A stretch of 64,000 nucleotides of DNA from positions 32,001-96,000 of the IMG/VR virus record IMGVR_UViG_3300035208_002804. One strand, given 5' to 3'. Below the pieces are notes generated by a model, which made no database searches, had not been told where the DNA came from, and saw only the letters and a program-made list of their open reading frames with translations. This document shows, in pieces, positions 30,007-40,577 of the stretch. The stretch is from a virus. Taxonomy: Duplodnaviria; Caudoviricetes. The stretch's first letter is position 1. Each line of letters begins with the position of its first letter. A program made the translations under genes and the position numbers.

Positions 30007-30465
30007 ATGTCACCAAAAGTAAATGTTAGTTCACGAATTAAAAAAGAAATCTATGATAAAATTATGGATATGGGGGTTTCACCAACTGCTATAATCGCTG
30101 ATTTTCTTGAACTCTATGCTAACGAAATGGATAGAGATGCGCATTTGTTATTAAAGATGGCAACGATTAAAGAAGTTATCAACAGGTTGAATGTAGAGAT
30201 TCAGGATCTCGAAGTTAAAAAAGGAATTCGTGATGAACTCACTAACAAATTTAATATCACTGTTGAAGAATATAATATGAGTAGAGACGATGTTTTGGCA
30301 TCTGAATTAATGCTAAAACTTGACAGAATTATAATTCTCTATAACTATAACGAAGAAAAAATTTTAGAGAAATATAGTAAGTTGATTAATGAAATCAAGC
30401 ATCTAAACAAAGAGTTTGTGTTATCAGAAAGAATAGAACGAGTTAAAAAAATCCACCAAAAATAA
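30007..30465 (+). CDS. Possible ribbon-helix-helix regulator with coiled coil
   Basis: N-terminal KVNVSSRI beta-strand followed by two helices. Confidence 0.4.
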   Translation: MSPKVNVSSRIKKEIYDKIMDMGVSPTAIIADFLELYANEMDRDAHLLLKMATIKEVINRLNVEIQDLEVKKGIRDELTNKFNITVEEYNMSRDDVLASELMLKLDRIIILYNYNEEKILEKYSKLINEIKHLNKEFVLSERIERVKKIHQK

Positions 30466-30516
30466 GAATGTCGGGTAGAAACTAACAAAAAGATTTTACT
30501 TTTCTTTTCTTTTTCT

Positions 30517-31311
30517 CTATACACCCACTACGATCTTTTTTATATCTGCTTCATTGATTTTAATTGTTTTGTCGTAGAGTTGGAATGGTATTGAGAACAG
30601 GTTGTAGTCCCATGTGTAGGTTGATTCATCTACGTTGATTACTACATATCCATTGTCTGGCTTTTCAATTGATTTTTTACCCATGTAACTGTCGATTCCT
30701 TTCCAACAGGGAACAGCAATTGATAGGTCGTTTGAATCTCCAGAGAATACAAAGTGATGTGTATGTGAGTTGATGTAAACGTCGATGTCAGTGCCCTGCG
30801 ATTTTGCTATCATCGCTTGTTTTCTCTGGCCGGTGCATCGTGAATAAGGAACTGATGAATAATCTCCGTAATGCTTTAGGAAGAACTTTAATGTGTTGTT
30901 GATTTCGAAAAATTGCCAGTCACCAACCCACGTTCCACCAACGAGATCACATACGATTTTATCACCGGTTGGATTTCCAGTATGATAAGTGGATCCTTGG
31001 CTGAAATACATGCGTTTACAACGGAACATATCGATGAGGGTAGCCGCGCATTGAGCCTGTGCGTGAATATCAGTATTCCAGACACCATGCCCGTTTTCAT
31101 GTTTGTTGGGGCCTTCGATCATATCACCATTGAAGATAATGATATCGACATCACCAACCAACTTAATCATATGACACATTTTGTCAAATAGAAAATTTTG
31201 CATTGGATTTGCAAGTATCTTCATACCAGACGTTGGATCATCATATTCGGGCAACATTAGGGAACGGTGGTGTCCAATGTGCCAATCTCCAAGAACTAAA
31301 ATTTTTAGCAT
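30517..31311 (-). CDS. Calcineurin-like metallophosphoesterase
   Basis: GDWHIG, NGDMIEG, SHTHH. Confidence 0.85.
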   Translation of the reverse strand: MLKILVLGDWHIGHHRSLMLPEYDDPTSGMKILANPMQNFLFDKMCHMIKLVGDVDIIIFNGDMIEGPNKHENGHGVWNTDIHAQAQCAATLIDMFRCKRMYFSQGSTYHTGNPTGDKIVCDLVGGTWVGDWQFFEINNTLKFFLKHYGDYSSVPYSRCTGQRKQAMIAKSQGTDIDVYINSHTHHFVFSGDSNDLSIAVPCWKGIDSYMGKKSIEKPDNGYVVINVDESTYTWDYNLFSIPFQLYDKTIKINEADIKKIVVGV

Positions 31312-31364
31312 GTTTTAAAATTCAATAATAGTATATCACAATAAAATTTTCATATTCCGGTTCT

Positions 31365-31949
31365 TCAGATCTCGTCGTCGTAAACGTGGAGCCATTGAGT
31401 TTCGTATGGATACTTTTTGGTGGCGCCATCTTCGTCAGTTACCATAAACTTGATTTTATACATTCCATTGGTAGCAGTTTCTTGGCAATTATTTGTTGGA
31501 AATTCATACTGGATAGAACCGGCATCAGCATCTACAATAGTGCAAGGAAGACCGTTTGTGATGTAACCAGATTGACGAATAACGAGTTTGTATCTACTTG
31601 AGGTATCTGGTATAGTTGTCCAGTTAGTTTCAAGTGTTACTACCTTTGTAGTTCCATTATAAGCGGTGATTTTGATAGATTGTCCAACACCGGTTCCTCC
31701 AGTGATAGTGATGAATTCGTCAACATACGTGTTGTCATAAGAAGAAGCAGATGTAGCAAGGGTTACTGTTGATTCGGTGGCCGATTGGACTCTACCTTCG
31801 TGATTTTCAACCCGCTCATCACAATACATGTAAAAATTAACAGCGCAATTGGTTAAATCACGGGCCGTAACACCAGTATCACTGTTAAAATCCTGGATGA
31901 CATACGCAAGTGGTGCCGTATCACCCTTTCTAACTCTAATAGTATCCAT
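31365..31949 (-). CDS. BppU-like tail/baseplate protein with inserted fibre-type domain
   Basis: GDTAPL...RDLT N-terminus and G-x-I-x-Y...G-x-Y...YP C-terminus; GGTGVGQ...YNGTTK insert. Confidence 0.55.
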   Translation of the reverse strand: MDTIRVRKGDTAPLAYVIQDFNSDTGVTARDLTNCAVNFYMYCDERVENHEGRVQSATESTVTLATSASSYDNTYVDEFITITGGTGVGQSIKITAYNGTTKVVTLETNWTTIPDTSSRYKLVIRQSGYITNGLPCTIVDADAGSIQYEFPTNNCQETATNGMYKIKFMVTDEDGATKKYPYETQWLHVYDDEI

Positions 31950-32117
31950 AGTTAATATTTAAATATTAGTTTTAGATACATATAAACGTTTCTAAAGATT
32001 ATTAACTATTTTAGTGAAGATATAGATGAATATTTCGGTCAAAGAAGGTGTGGGTGGAATGGGCGAAATGGTAAACATGAAAATTGAAATAATCGTAATT
32101 TAGGGTTAAAAATGTAA

Positions 32118-32229
32118 ATGCTTCCCAGAGAGCGAAGCGAGCAAAACACCATAACAAAGAAAAGAAAAAGAGAGGATCCTTTCCTTGCTATCTGTGGCAC
32201 TATATTTTATAGCATTACTATTATTTAAA
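32118..32229 (-). ncRNA. Dispersed promoter/small-RNA-like element, copy D
   Basis: TTTAAATA at 32229, AGTGC with G at 32200, GAAAGGATCCTCT, T-tract, TTGTTATGGTGTTTTGC; closely similar to copy F. Confidence 0.55.
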
Positions 32230-32249
32230 TATATCTGGTAAAAATGATT

Positions 32250-32936
32250 TTAGTAAATGTAAGTTTCTGCTATTAAACTTCCAATTTGATCTTGAGTTAA
32301 TGCTTTTGTAAATATTTGTAAATCTTTTATATTTCCTAAACTGTAGATTGAATTTAGTCCTCCTATGTTTAATGTCGATGCTATATCTGTTGCAACTTCT
32401 GTAAATGCAACAGTAGTTGTTACTGTTTGACTGACGTTGTTAATATAGATTATACAGTCAGAACCCAATCTTTCTACTGTTATATAATACCAAGTTCCTG
32501 CTACAGGTGTAAGTGGGCATGAATAACTAAATGTTGCTGTTCCTGATATCTTTCCAGTTAATGTGATTGTATTTCCTGTTGTCCATTGTAACATCCAGTA
32601 ATTATTTGCATCTGCGTATTGACCAATGATCATTCTATTTGCAGCAATTGTCGTAAAGTTTATCCATCCGCATATAGTGAAATTATTTAAGAACATTGAC
32701 CAAATTTCATGATCTGAAATGGTGATATAATTAGTAGACCCGTCAAATTTCCAGTAACTACGGCCATCCTTACTTTTAATGCTGGTAAACGTGCCAGATG
32801 GAGTTACTGTTACACCATCGGGTAAGATTTGGAACCCATATTTATTTCCATCTTCGTCATATGTTCCTGATGCTGCAAATTGCCCAGGCCAATGCAATAT
32901 ACAGTTATTTTGTTTTAGGGCTTCAATATTAATCAT
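32250..32936 (-). CDS. LamG/concanavalin-A-like virion protein
   Basis: FDGSTNYI, FTICGWI, WYYITV, GNIKDLQIF-x-x-ALT. Confidence 0.8.
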   Translation of the reverse strand: MINIEALKQNNCILHWPGQFAASGTYDEDGNKYGFQILPDGVTVTPSGTFTSIKSKDGRSYWKFDGSTNYITISDHEIWSMFLNNFTICGWINFTTIAANRMIIGQYADANNYWMLQWTTGNTITLTGKISGTATFSYSCPLTPVAGTWYYITVERLGSDCIIYINNVSQTVTTTVAFTEVATDIASTLNIGGLNSIYSLGNIKDLQIFTKALTQDQIGSLIAETYIY

Positions 32937-33664
32937 TCGACACCTCTAATTCCCGATATAATTGGATACAAAGTAGTCCCTGTAATTGGATGAGTTTTAA
33001 TTCGATACATTTTCATTTCTGGAATGGTAAGCATTCGTCCAATCCAAATTGCAATTGGTCCAAACATGCCATTAGTAAAACCGGAACTCGCAACACTTCC
33101 AAAATATAAATTTGTATTAGAAGCATACAATGCAATAGATGATGTCGCAGACATAGTTATATCAGATACACAATCCAAATAATATCCAAACGTCGAACCA
33201 TTTCTTGTAAATGTTAATAAATACCATGTATTTGCAGATAATGCGGTATTTGATGTTCCTTCAGATATCCAACTAGATCCACCACTTGATATATCTATAA
33301 TTACTTTGCCCAATGTTCCAAGATATATAGCCATGGGGGTAAGATAACCTCCGGTAAGTCTACCATCTAATAAATAATTGTTTGAAGATGTTGGATTTAC
33401 CAAATTTACCCACATGCAAATCGTATAATTGTTTGCGCCAAATAACATACTTGAAACGGCTGCATATGGCGTTGTAATATATTGTGAATTTGCAGCAACA
33501 AGTGTTAATGCAGATCGATTATTACCCAAATTTGTATACGTTGGAGATCCATATGCAGTTACTGATCTATTTACAATTATCTCGCTTGTATTACCATTTA
33601 GTGGCAAATAAAACACGCAGTTTGCAAACAGTTCTTGATAGTGTTTATACCATGTTACGGTCAT
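32933..33664 (-). CDS. LamG/concanavalin-A-like virion protein
   Basis: YLPLNGN, YTICMWV, NTWYLLTFTR. Confidence 0.8.
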   Translation of the reverse strand: MTVTWYKHYQELFANCVFYLPLNGNTSEIIVNRSVTAYGSPTYTNLGNNRSALTLVAANSQYITTPYAAVSSMLFGANNYTICMWVNLVNPTSSNNYLLDGRLTGGYLTPMAIYLGTLGKVIIDISSGGSSWISEGTSNTALSANTWYLLTFTRNGSTFGYYLDCVSDITMSATSSIALYASNTNLYFGSVASSGFTNGMFGPIAIWIGRMLTIPEMKMYRIKTHPITGTTLYPIISGIRGVE

Positions 33665-34410
33665 GAAAGTCTCCAGTAATCATAAGGACCGGGAATCAAA
33701 CCTTCACCCGTAACCGGATGAGTTCTGTTCATCAACAGTTTGATCTCTGGTAATGACAATGCACGAGTAAAGATCATGAGATCTTTGATATTACCATTGT
33801 GAAATGCTGTTAATGGCGATGTCATTCCAATTGTTAATGGGGCTGCATAATTAGGTATTGTTCCAAATGCAACAATAACGGTTGTAAAATTAAATACAGC
33901 ATTTATATAAATCAAACAATCGGTCCCAGATCTTACAACGGTAATATAATACCAAGTTCCGGTATTTGGTAAATCACCGCGAGTATATGACATTACAGCA
34001 GATTCATTATATCCCTTTATTATGTAATATTGTGCTAAATTGTCATATTTTATGTACCAGTAAACAGTGTCAGATACATATTGTCCAATATTTATACCTC
34101 TATCAGATATCGAATCAAACTTTACCCAAAATGACACAGTAAAATTACTGTTATGAAAACTCCATGCATCGTTATCAGATAACGAAATATAATTCGTTGA
34201 TCCATCAAAATTTAGCACACTTTTGTTATTACCTAAATCATCTTTTGTAAAGGTTCCATTGTTAGTAACAGTTACACCAGTAGGTATAATTGGAAACTCA
34301 TCAATATCACCAGATACACCAGCAGAATGTTGACCTGTAAACCAAAATATGCACGAATTAAATAGTGAGGGGAATTTTGAGGCTCCGTAAGAAGTTCCCA
34401 TTATTGGCAC
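33661..34410 (-). CDS. LamG/concanavalin-A-like virion protein
   Basis: FDGSTNYI, FTVSFWV, WYYITVVR, GNIKDLMIF-x-RALS. Confidence 0.8.
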   Translation of the reverse strand: MPIMGTSYGASKFPSLFNSCIFWFTGQHSAGVSGDIDEFPIIPTGVTVTNNGTFTKDDLGNNKSVLNFDGSTNYISLSDNDAWSFHNSNFTVSFWVKFDSISDRGINIGQYVSDTVYWYIKYDNLAQYYIIKGYNESAVMSYTRGDLPNTGTWYYITVVRSGTDCLIYINAVFNFTTVIVAFGTIPNYAAPLTIGMTSPLTAFHNGNIKDLMIFTRALSLPEIKLLMNRTHPVTGEGLIPGPYDYWRLS

Positions 34411-34411
34411 C

Positions 34412-35830
34412 TCATGTGAAATTGACCTTTACTTGGACTAATAGATCGGCACTTCCGGTATCGGCTTGATTTACTCTGAAATGTAATACATCACCAGCAG
34501 CCAGTGAAGTTTGACCAGAGTCCAATGTTCCAGATGCTTGATAAATTCCATTTGTCGCTGAAGTTACTTCTGTTATCTGTATTGGAGTATCTGATGTGAA
34601 TATACTGTTAGTTTCAAGGATACCATTTTTCATAACCTGCACTTTGCAGTATGTTGAACTTGCACTTGGATTGCTTGATAACGCCATAATAGCAGTTGAA
34701 ATTGTACATGTTGCTGGTGCTACCCAATACATTAATGAAGTTTCATAAACAACACCTTCGAGTGATCTTTGGATAATTGTTGATGCAGTAGATGTAATGG
34801 TAGCAAATTCGAGTCCTGTTGCTTCAGAATTTACACGTAACTGTTGTAATGCAGTTCCCATTGGTAATCGTGATGCAGTATTAGATCCAGTTCCAACAAC
34901 AAGATCTCCAGCAGCATCCCAAATTGTATCGGTGGCAATACTACCTGCTGATAATCCGGCAACAAAATTGGCCTTTGTCATTTTACGATTTGCTGATGCG
35001 CTTGTATCGTAAATAGCAACATAATCGTCATCTGCTATAGATGTTTCAGTAGTTAATCCGGTGATGTTAAGAGATCCTGATATTGTAGCAAATTCTAATG
35101 CTGATTTATCAGAATTTAATCGCATTACCTGAAGTGCAGTGGCATTAGATACACTTGGCATTGCAAGTGATGCCCACAAAGTTGAATTTGCAGCAGTGTC
35201 ACTCGTTCCAAGTTTACCATCTAATGCACTTTGTAAATTAGTAATGGTAGAAATTGATTGTGTATGTGCTGCTGGTGTAAATGTAGATGGTTTATCACTG
35301 ACATTTGCCCATGATACATTTGCGGATGAATTTCCAATTTTATCCCAAGAACTTGCATCACGATAAACGAGCCAATCACCGGTTGCAAACGAAATTGAAC
35401 TTATAGTTCCTACACCAGATGAAACATAGTAATATCCCGTTGCAGCAGGAGATGGAGCGCCAGATGTGGGATCAAAAGATCCATGATAAGACACGGCTCC
35501 TGTAATTGAACTTGGTAATGCTGTTGCAAATACTTTACCACTTTCGTCAATGAAATCAACTGAAATTACATCATTAGTGATATCAATTCCATCACCAGAA
35601 GTATAATTAATTATTAGTGATATACCGACTGGCCATGCGGTTGATTTTGGACCGTATATTACGTGGTTTGTAGTATCGATGTAAAAATCACCATCAACTC
35701 CAATAGAATTACTTGGTGCCCCCGATCCATTTAACCAAGTTTTTCCATTTGTACCATTGATTCCTCCTTGAACCACGGGTATCCAAGATGCAGTTGATTC
35801 GTTATAAATATATTGCACATTTGTTGTCAT
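34412..35830 (-). CDS. Tail fibre protein
   Basis: GAPSNSIGVDGDFYID, DKPSTFTPAAHT, GDLVVGTG...RLPMGT fibre motifs. Confidence 0.75.
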   Translation of the reverse strand: MTTNVQYIYNESTASWIPVVQGGINGTNGKTWLNGSGAPSNSIGVDGDFYIDTTNHVIYGPKSTAWPVGISLIINYTSGDGIDITNDVISVDFIDESGKVFATALPSSITGAVSYHGSFDPTSGAPSPAATGYYYVSSGVGTISSISFATGDWLVYRDASSWDKIGNSSANVSWANVSDKPSTFTPAAHTQSISTITNLQSALDGKLGTSDTAANSTLWASLAMPSVSNATALQVMRLNSDKSALEFATISGSLNITGLTTETSIADDDYVAIYDTSASANRKMTKANFVAGLSAGSIATDTIWDAAGDLVVGTGSNTASRLPMGTALQQLRVNSEATGLEFATITSTASTIIQRSLEGVVYETSLMYWVAPATCTISTAIMALSSNPSASSTYCKVQVMKNGILETNSIFTSDTPIQITEVTSATNGIYQASGTLDSGQTSLAAGDVLHFRVNQADTGSADLLVQVKVNFT

Positions 35831-35849
35831 TATATTTCACCTCCTTAAA

Positions 35850-36149
35850 TTATTCCGGTTCTCCCACGGTTTCGGTTATTGTTACTTTGCTTGCTTTCGC
35901 CCAATTCAGGATGTTATCTCCGGTATCGTAATTTGCATCAAGATACTTTTGAACTTCTTCGATTGTCTTATATGGTTCAGGCAATATCCATTCAATCCGC
36001 CTTTCATCGTATTGATAATCGGTATAGGGTATTCCCTCTTCAGTTGCTTTTTTTATTTCAGTGATACTCCATCTGACCAGTATTTCAGCGATTCCTTTTC
36101 TTACGCGGTCAACATGGATTAATTTTGGGTTTACGTTAGATTCTACCAT
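35850..36149 (-). CDS. Small tail-fibre-associated protein
   Basis: 99-aa ORF immediately downstream of the C-type-lectin-fold fibre gene. Confidence 0.5.
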   Translation of the reverse strand: MVESNVNPKLIHVDRVRKGIAEILVRWSITEIKKATEEGIPYTDYQYDERRIEWILPEPYKTIEEVQKYLDANYDTGDNILNWAKASKVTITETVGEPE

Positions 36150-36155
36150 ACTATA

Positions 36156-37973
36156 TTACCCTATGAATTCGGCGCGCCCGCCGATAGCCGAAGTGGCAAT
36201 CTCCGGATCGTTATGCGCAATGCGATACCCGATCCCCGCAGAACCGCCATCCTTCCAATTGCCGCCCACCAGGAGGACACCGTTTCTCCCTAATCCTGCT
36301 GAATGCGAATAGTAGCGATCACAGAGATATGTACTACTCGATCCAGTCAGAACATTTGGCGTGAATGTTAGATTCAGAATGCCAGCAGTATCAAATGCCA
36401 GTCCTTGTACATACCCGTTACAGTATGCCCCAGCGTCGGTACCACTGATATTATCGACCCCATTCAGCGGAGCTGGTGATGTTACTGTTTCATAACTGCC
36501 AGATGCAAGATTTCCGGATATCGTCCCGGTTCCGTCTCGTTTCAGGATGTGATGTTCGGTATCTGTCGGATTATACCCTGGACAGAACTGATACAAGTTA
36601 CCCCAGATGTTTTCAATACCTCTCCATACTGCCGGGAGATAGGATCCTACAGTATCCCCATAACTCCCGTTTGCTGCAAGGAGGGATTGTACATCAACTC
36701 CGGCCCCTTCTCCGACCTGATCCAGATACATTCCATTAATCGAAGCAGCAGTATTTGATCCGTTTGTTCTTCCCTGCCCTAATTTAGACTGGGAATCAAA
36801 CGAAGCATATTCAACGTAAAACAGGAGTTGAAGCAGGTTCCAAGTCCAGAAATTCGTCAGCCCCCACCCAGTTCCAATGAGATTTCCTGCCGTTTCCATC
36901 TGCGCAACGGTCCCCGAGGTGAGTGATTTTACCCCGGATTTAGATGTTAGTTTCAACCCGGTCCAATTTGATGCAGCAATGGTATTAGTGACCCCGTTCG
37001 CGGCCGTAGTCCCCCCATTCGCCCCGGCAGTATACGCCCCGACATACATTTGATTTGCTGGATATGCCGAATGTCCCCGCTGCAAAAAATTGTAAAATAG
37101 TTCATATCCAACCTTTGGCACCGATGAAATTTTCCATCGAAATATCGGATTTAAGTTTTCAAATTTAACATACACCCGTGGAATATTAACCATTACGAGC
37201 CCGGAAGTTAGATCTAACCCCGTTCCTTTTGCATCAGATCCAAATGTTGGAACTCCTTCAGGGGTGAGAATGCACCGTTTTATGTTTTCATATATCGGAT
37301 GATTGTCAAATGCAGCGCCCGTCAACCCAATAATAGTGTCGTTATCTTCATCGATTCTGGTGAGAATAGGAGATGAATATGTTGAGTTCCATTCTATTCC
37401 TATACAATCCGGAATCAGAGCGCGTTTAATGTATATTCTAACCGCTTTCTGACTCGGGACTTTAGCATCTGAATTTGCCGTGAAAGTAGCATCGGTATCA
37501 AGGTATGATATCGGCATCTGCTGCACGTTATCTACGTTTGAAAGGCCCACATGCGTTTTTGTGACGGTATGGGGGTTGTTGGTTGACGATATATGAGATT
37601 GAATGTTTGGATTATATGGTTCTACAAGCGGATCTGCATTAGAATCTACCCATATATCTCCATTTTGTGGTGATAATGGTGGTTCTTCTGATATTGTTAC
37701 ATTAATAGATTGTCCATCTGGTCCCGTTGCACCAGTTGGTCCTGTTGGTCCCCTTACTACTGGAGTTCGATCAATCCATGAAGATGTCGCAAGATCATAC
37801 TGTTGAAGTAAAGTTCCAGCAGTGATATAAATATACAATTGATCAACGAGTTCGGATACATGACTTGCAAAATAAGCATCTCTTGCTGTTGTATCTGCAA
37901 ATACATGTGAATCTGCAACTGTTATAGATCCGGATGAACCGGCAGATCCAGATCCTTGTAATGGAAATGTCAT
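36156..37973 (-). CDS. Receptor-binding tail fibre with short collagen repeat and Mtd-like C-type-lectin-fold C-terminus
   Basis: GPTGPTGATGPDG; NPHTVTK-x-x-VGLSNVDN; WRGIENIWGN; C-terminal GGNW...AG...IGGR-x-EF. Confidence 0.8.
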   Translation of the reverse strand: MTFPLQGSGSAGSSGSITVADSHVFADTTARDAYFASHVSELVDQLYIYITAGTLLQQYDLATSSWIDRTPVVRGPTGPTGATGPDGQSINVTISEEPPLSPQNGDIWVDSNADPLVEPYNPNIQSHISSTNNPHTVTKTHVGLSNVDNVQQMPISYLDTDATFTANSDAKVPSQKAVRIYIKRALIPDCIGIEWNSTYSSPILTRIDEDNDTIIGLTGAAFDNHPIYENIKRCILTPEGVPTFGSDAKGTGLDLTSGLVMVNIPRVYVKFENLNPIFRWKISSVPKVGYELFYNFLQRGHSAYPANQMYVGAYTAGANGGTTAANGVTNTIAASNWTGLKLTSKSGVKSLTSGTVAQMETAGNLIGTGWGLTNFWTWNLLQLLFYVEYASFDSQSKLGQGRTNGSNTAASINGMYLDQVGEGAGVDVQSLLAANGSYGDTVGSYLPAVWRGIENIWGNLYQFCPGYNPTDTEHHILKRDGTGTISGNLASGSYETVTSPAPLNGVDNISGTDAGAYCNGYVQGLAFDTAGILNLTFTPNVLTGSSSTYLCDRYYSHSAGLGRNGVLLVGGNWKDGGSAGIGYRIAHNDPEIATSAIGGRAEFIG

Positions 37974-37994
37974 AATTTAACCTCCTTTTTTAAA

Positions 37995-38390
37995 TTAAGG
38001 CATTTTACCGCCGTGATTTGTTACGGACAACCAGTTAATGGTAGTTGATGTCGAATATCTGAAGTTTAATTTATAACCTTCGATAAGAGTTATATTAACT
38101 GTTAATCCAGAATCCGCTGCTACGTCAGTTCCATTGAGAGTTTTTACTGTTACTTCGGTATCATTTGCATCTTTTATAACAAAATAAAACACACCAGCGG
38201 TAGCAAAACTTGCTTCTACCGTAACAGAACATCCTTTAGTGAAATTAAATTGATTTACAATAGTATTATCATCACCAATAGTAATATCAGTAGAAAGAAT
38301 ATCTGTGTCTGCTGTTATTGATGTATTGAATACAGTGAGATCATTGAGATAAACAGTATGAACATTAATATTCATTCCATTTGCTGCCAT
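37995..38390 (-). CDS. Virion structural protein (hypothetical)
   Basis: Beta-rich ORF within the tail module. Confidence 0.5.
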   Translation of the reverse strand: MAANGMNINVHTVYLNDLTVFNTSITADTDILSTDITIGDDNTIVNQFNFTKGCSVTVEASFATAGVFYFVIKDANDTEVTVKTLNGTDVAADSGLTVNITLIEGYKLNFRYSTSTTINWLSVTNHGGKMP

Positions 38391-38546
38391 TATATCTCAC
38401 TTCCATTGTTTGACTGATTGAATGAAGTCATAAATGATAATGAGAAGTTTACGTTATAAAAAGAGAAAGAAAATAGCAAGTAAAGAGAAGTGGAATTAAA
38501 AACTGATAAGACAGATTATATTTTTATTTTTACTCTCCTTCTCTCT

Positions 38547-40577
38547 CTACTCTCTGTTGAAGGAATCGTCGTAATGGGCATTTTCTTCCCATATTTTCAT
38601 TTTCATTTTTTGGAATCCAAGAGTAGACATTATTGGTGATATCACCGTTCTCTTGAGATAGTCAGTAACACTGGTGTAGATTGTTTCGCAGTATTCATTG
38701 ATGTTTTCATAGAATGATAGATTACAGTATTCGTCTAATCCGGGTGAACTTGGGAATTCTCCTTGTAAATGTCCTGAAATTTCAGTAAATATTTTTGCTT
38801 TATAGAATTTATCACCATATGTTGAAAATTCATTAAATACTTTTATTTCGAAAGTTGAATATAAATCAGTAACATTTAATTTTTCTTTGAATATTTTTGC
38901 TTCGTTATGAATTCGTATACAATCGTTGTATGTTATTGTTGAATATCCATAACTATTTGTGGTTGTTAATGTTACATCATAAACTCCAAGAGATGAATAT
39001 GCGTGTGATGGATTTAATGAGGTTGAAGTAGATGAATCTCCAAAATTCCATAAATATGTGCATCCTGTGGTTGGATACGATAAATTTGTAAATTGAACAG
39101 TATATGGAATATCATCAGTTATAACATTGAGAATTGCAGGTTTAAAGTTCGCAAGTGGGGCGTGTTCATAAACAATTGATGATATCGTAACGGTAGAAGT
39201 TATATATCCATTAAACTGCTGATTTGATGCATATAATGTGATTGTGTAAGTTCCAATTGCTACATATTTGTGAATTGGATTTTGCTCATATGAGTGTGTT
39301 CCATCTCCAAAAGTCCAATACCACTCATTGGGTGATCCGGTTGAAGTGTCAGTAAATGTGATTATGTTGTTGTTTTGTGATTTTGTGAATGATGCTGTAA
39401 GTGTTTGATTACTTACAATTACAGATGCATACTGTTCAAGAAATACAGATCCGTTATATCCACTTGCATAAATTTCAAATGTTCCAAATCTATCATAGGT
39501 ATGAGATATGGTAAATGATTCTTGTGATGCATTTGTATATGTTTCTCCATCACCATAATTAAGAGTGAAACCGGTAAGTATTGTTGGAAGAACCACATTT
39601 ATTGATGCTGTTAATGGAGTGTTTCCACTTGAAGGAGTAGTTGTTAGTAAAATGGTAGTTAAATTGATAATTTCTTCCGGGCCATATGTTGAATGTGTTG
39701 GTTCTATTGATGCATATAATCTTACCAGAACAAAATCTATGTAATCTATTTGCGTTGATTTCCCATTAAATTCAATATAATTGTTATTAGTAGAATCTGT
39801 ATTGCTTGATGATGAACAACTCCCCACATTCCCTATAGAATCAATTGAGGTCAAATAAACAGTAGTTCCTGATTTTCTTATTTCAGAAATATAATAATTG
39901 GTATCATTGTTTACATTTGGTATATCAGTATTTGTTAATGCAGTTCCTTGGTGAATTGTCATTAATTGAGCAGATGAACTGTAAAATTGGAATGTTGCCT
40001 GATACGTTCCATATGCATGACTATTTTTTGTATTATTAAAACCGAATAACACTTGATTATTAACTGATATTGATGATACTTTATGTTTTGCCCTAACAAC
40101 GTGTGTTGAAAGATCTATAGTATTTTGTGAATACAACCCATTTACATCTTCTTGTATTGATATTACACCTCCCGTTATTGCATAAGTAGTTGGTGTTGTC
40201 CAAAGTGTAGTGTTTAATGTTGGTGATGAAAAATCATCAAATAATACGAAGGTGTTTGTTCCACTGCTTTCGTTCACAGCACTTACATTTCCATAATAGA
40301 TAGAAACAGTTGTTGTATCAATAGTTGGAAATTTCACCCAAACGACCGCTGAAACACCAGATGTATAACTTTCAATCCAATATGGTAATGAAGTTACTCC
40401 ATCTACAGAAAAGCGAATATCACTAAAATCATCATTACAATGATTGTTACAATATATAGTAGCATCAACAGATGTTCCACTGGTTTTATAAACAGCGAAT
40501 TTAACTTGATAATTTGTAATTGTAGTAGCAGAAGTAATATTGTGTGTTTGTTTATATAACCAACTGGTAAACGCCAT
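38547..40577 (-). CDS. DUF2341 plus PKD-repeat virion protein
   Basis: DFSDIRF...LPYWIE...VWVK...YYGN; three PKD-type WxFGDG/YGDG repeats. Confidence 0.85.
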   Translation of the reverse strand: MAFTSWLYKQTHNITSATTITNYQVKFAVYKTSGTSVDATIYCNNHCNDDFSDIRFSVDGVTSLPYWIESYTSGVSAVVWVKFPTIDTTTVSIYYGNVSAVNESSGTNTFVLFDDFSSPTLNTTLWTTPTTYAITGGVISIQEDVNGLYSQNTIDLSTHVVRAKHKVSSISVNNQVLFGFNNTKNSHAYGTYQATFQFYSSSAQLMTIHQGTALTNTDIPNVNNDTNYYISEIRKSGTTVYLTSIDSIGNVGSCSSSSNTDSTNNNYIEFNGKSTQIDYIDFVLVRLYASIEPTHSTYGPEEIINLTTILLTTTPSSGNTPLTASINVVLPTILTGFTLNYGDGETYTNASQESFTISHTYDRFGTFEIYASGYNGSVFLEQYASVIVSNQTLTASFTKSQNNNIITFTDTSTGSPNEWYWTFGDGTHSYEQNPIHKYVAIGTYTITLYASNQQFNGYITSTVTISSIVYEHAPLANFKPAILNVITDDIPYTVQFTNLSYPTTGCTYLWNFGDSSTSTSLNPSHAYSSLGVYDVTLTTTNSYGYSTITYNDCIRIHNEAKIFKEKLNVTDLYSTFEIKVFNEFSTYGDKFYKAKIFTEISGHLQGEFPSSPGLDEYCNLSFYENINEYCETIYTSVTDYLKRTVISPIMSTLGFQKMKMKIWEENAHYDDSFNRE

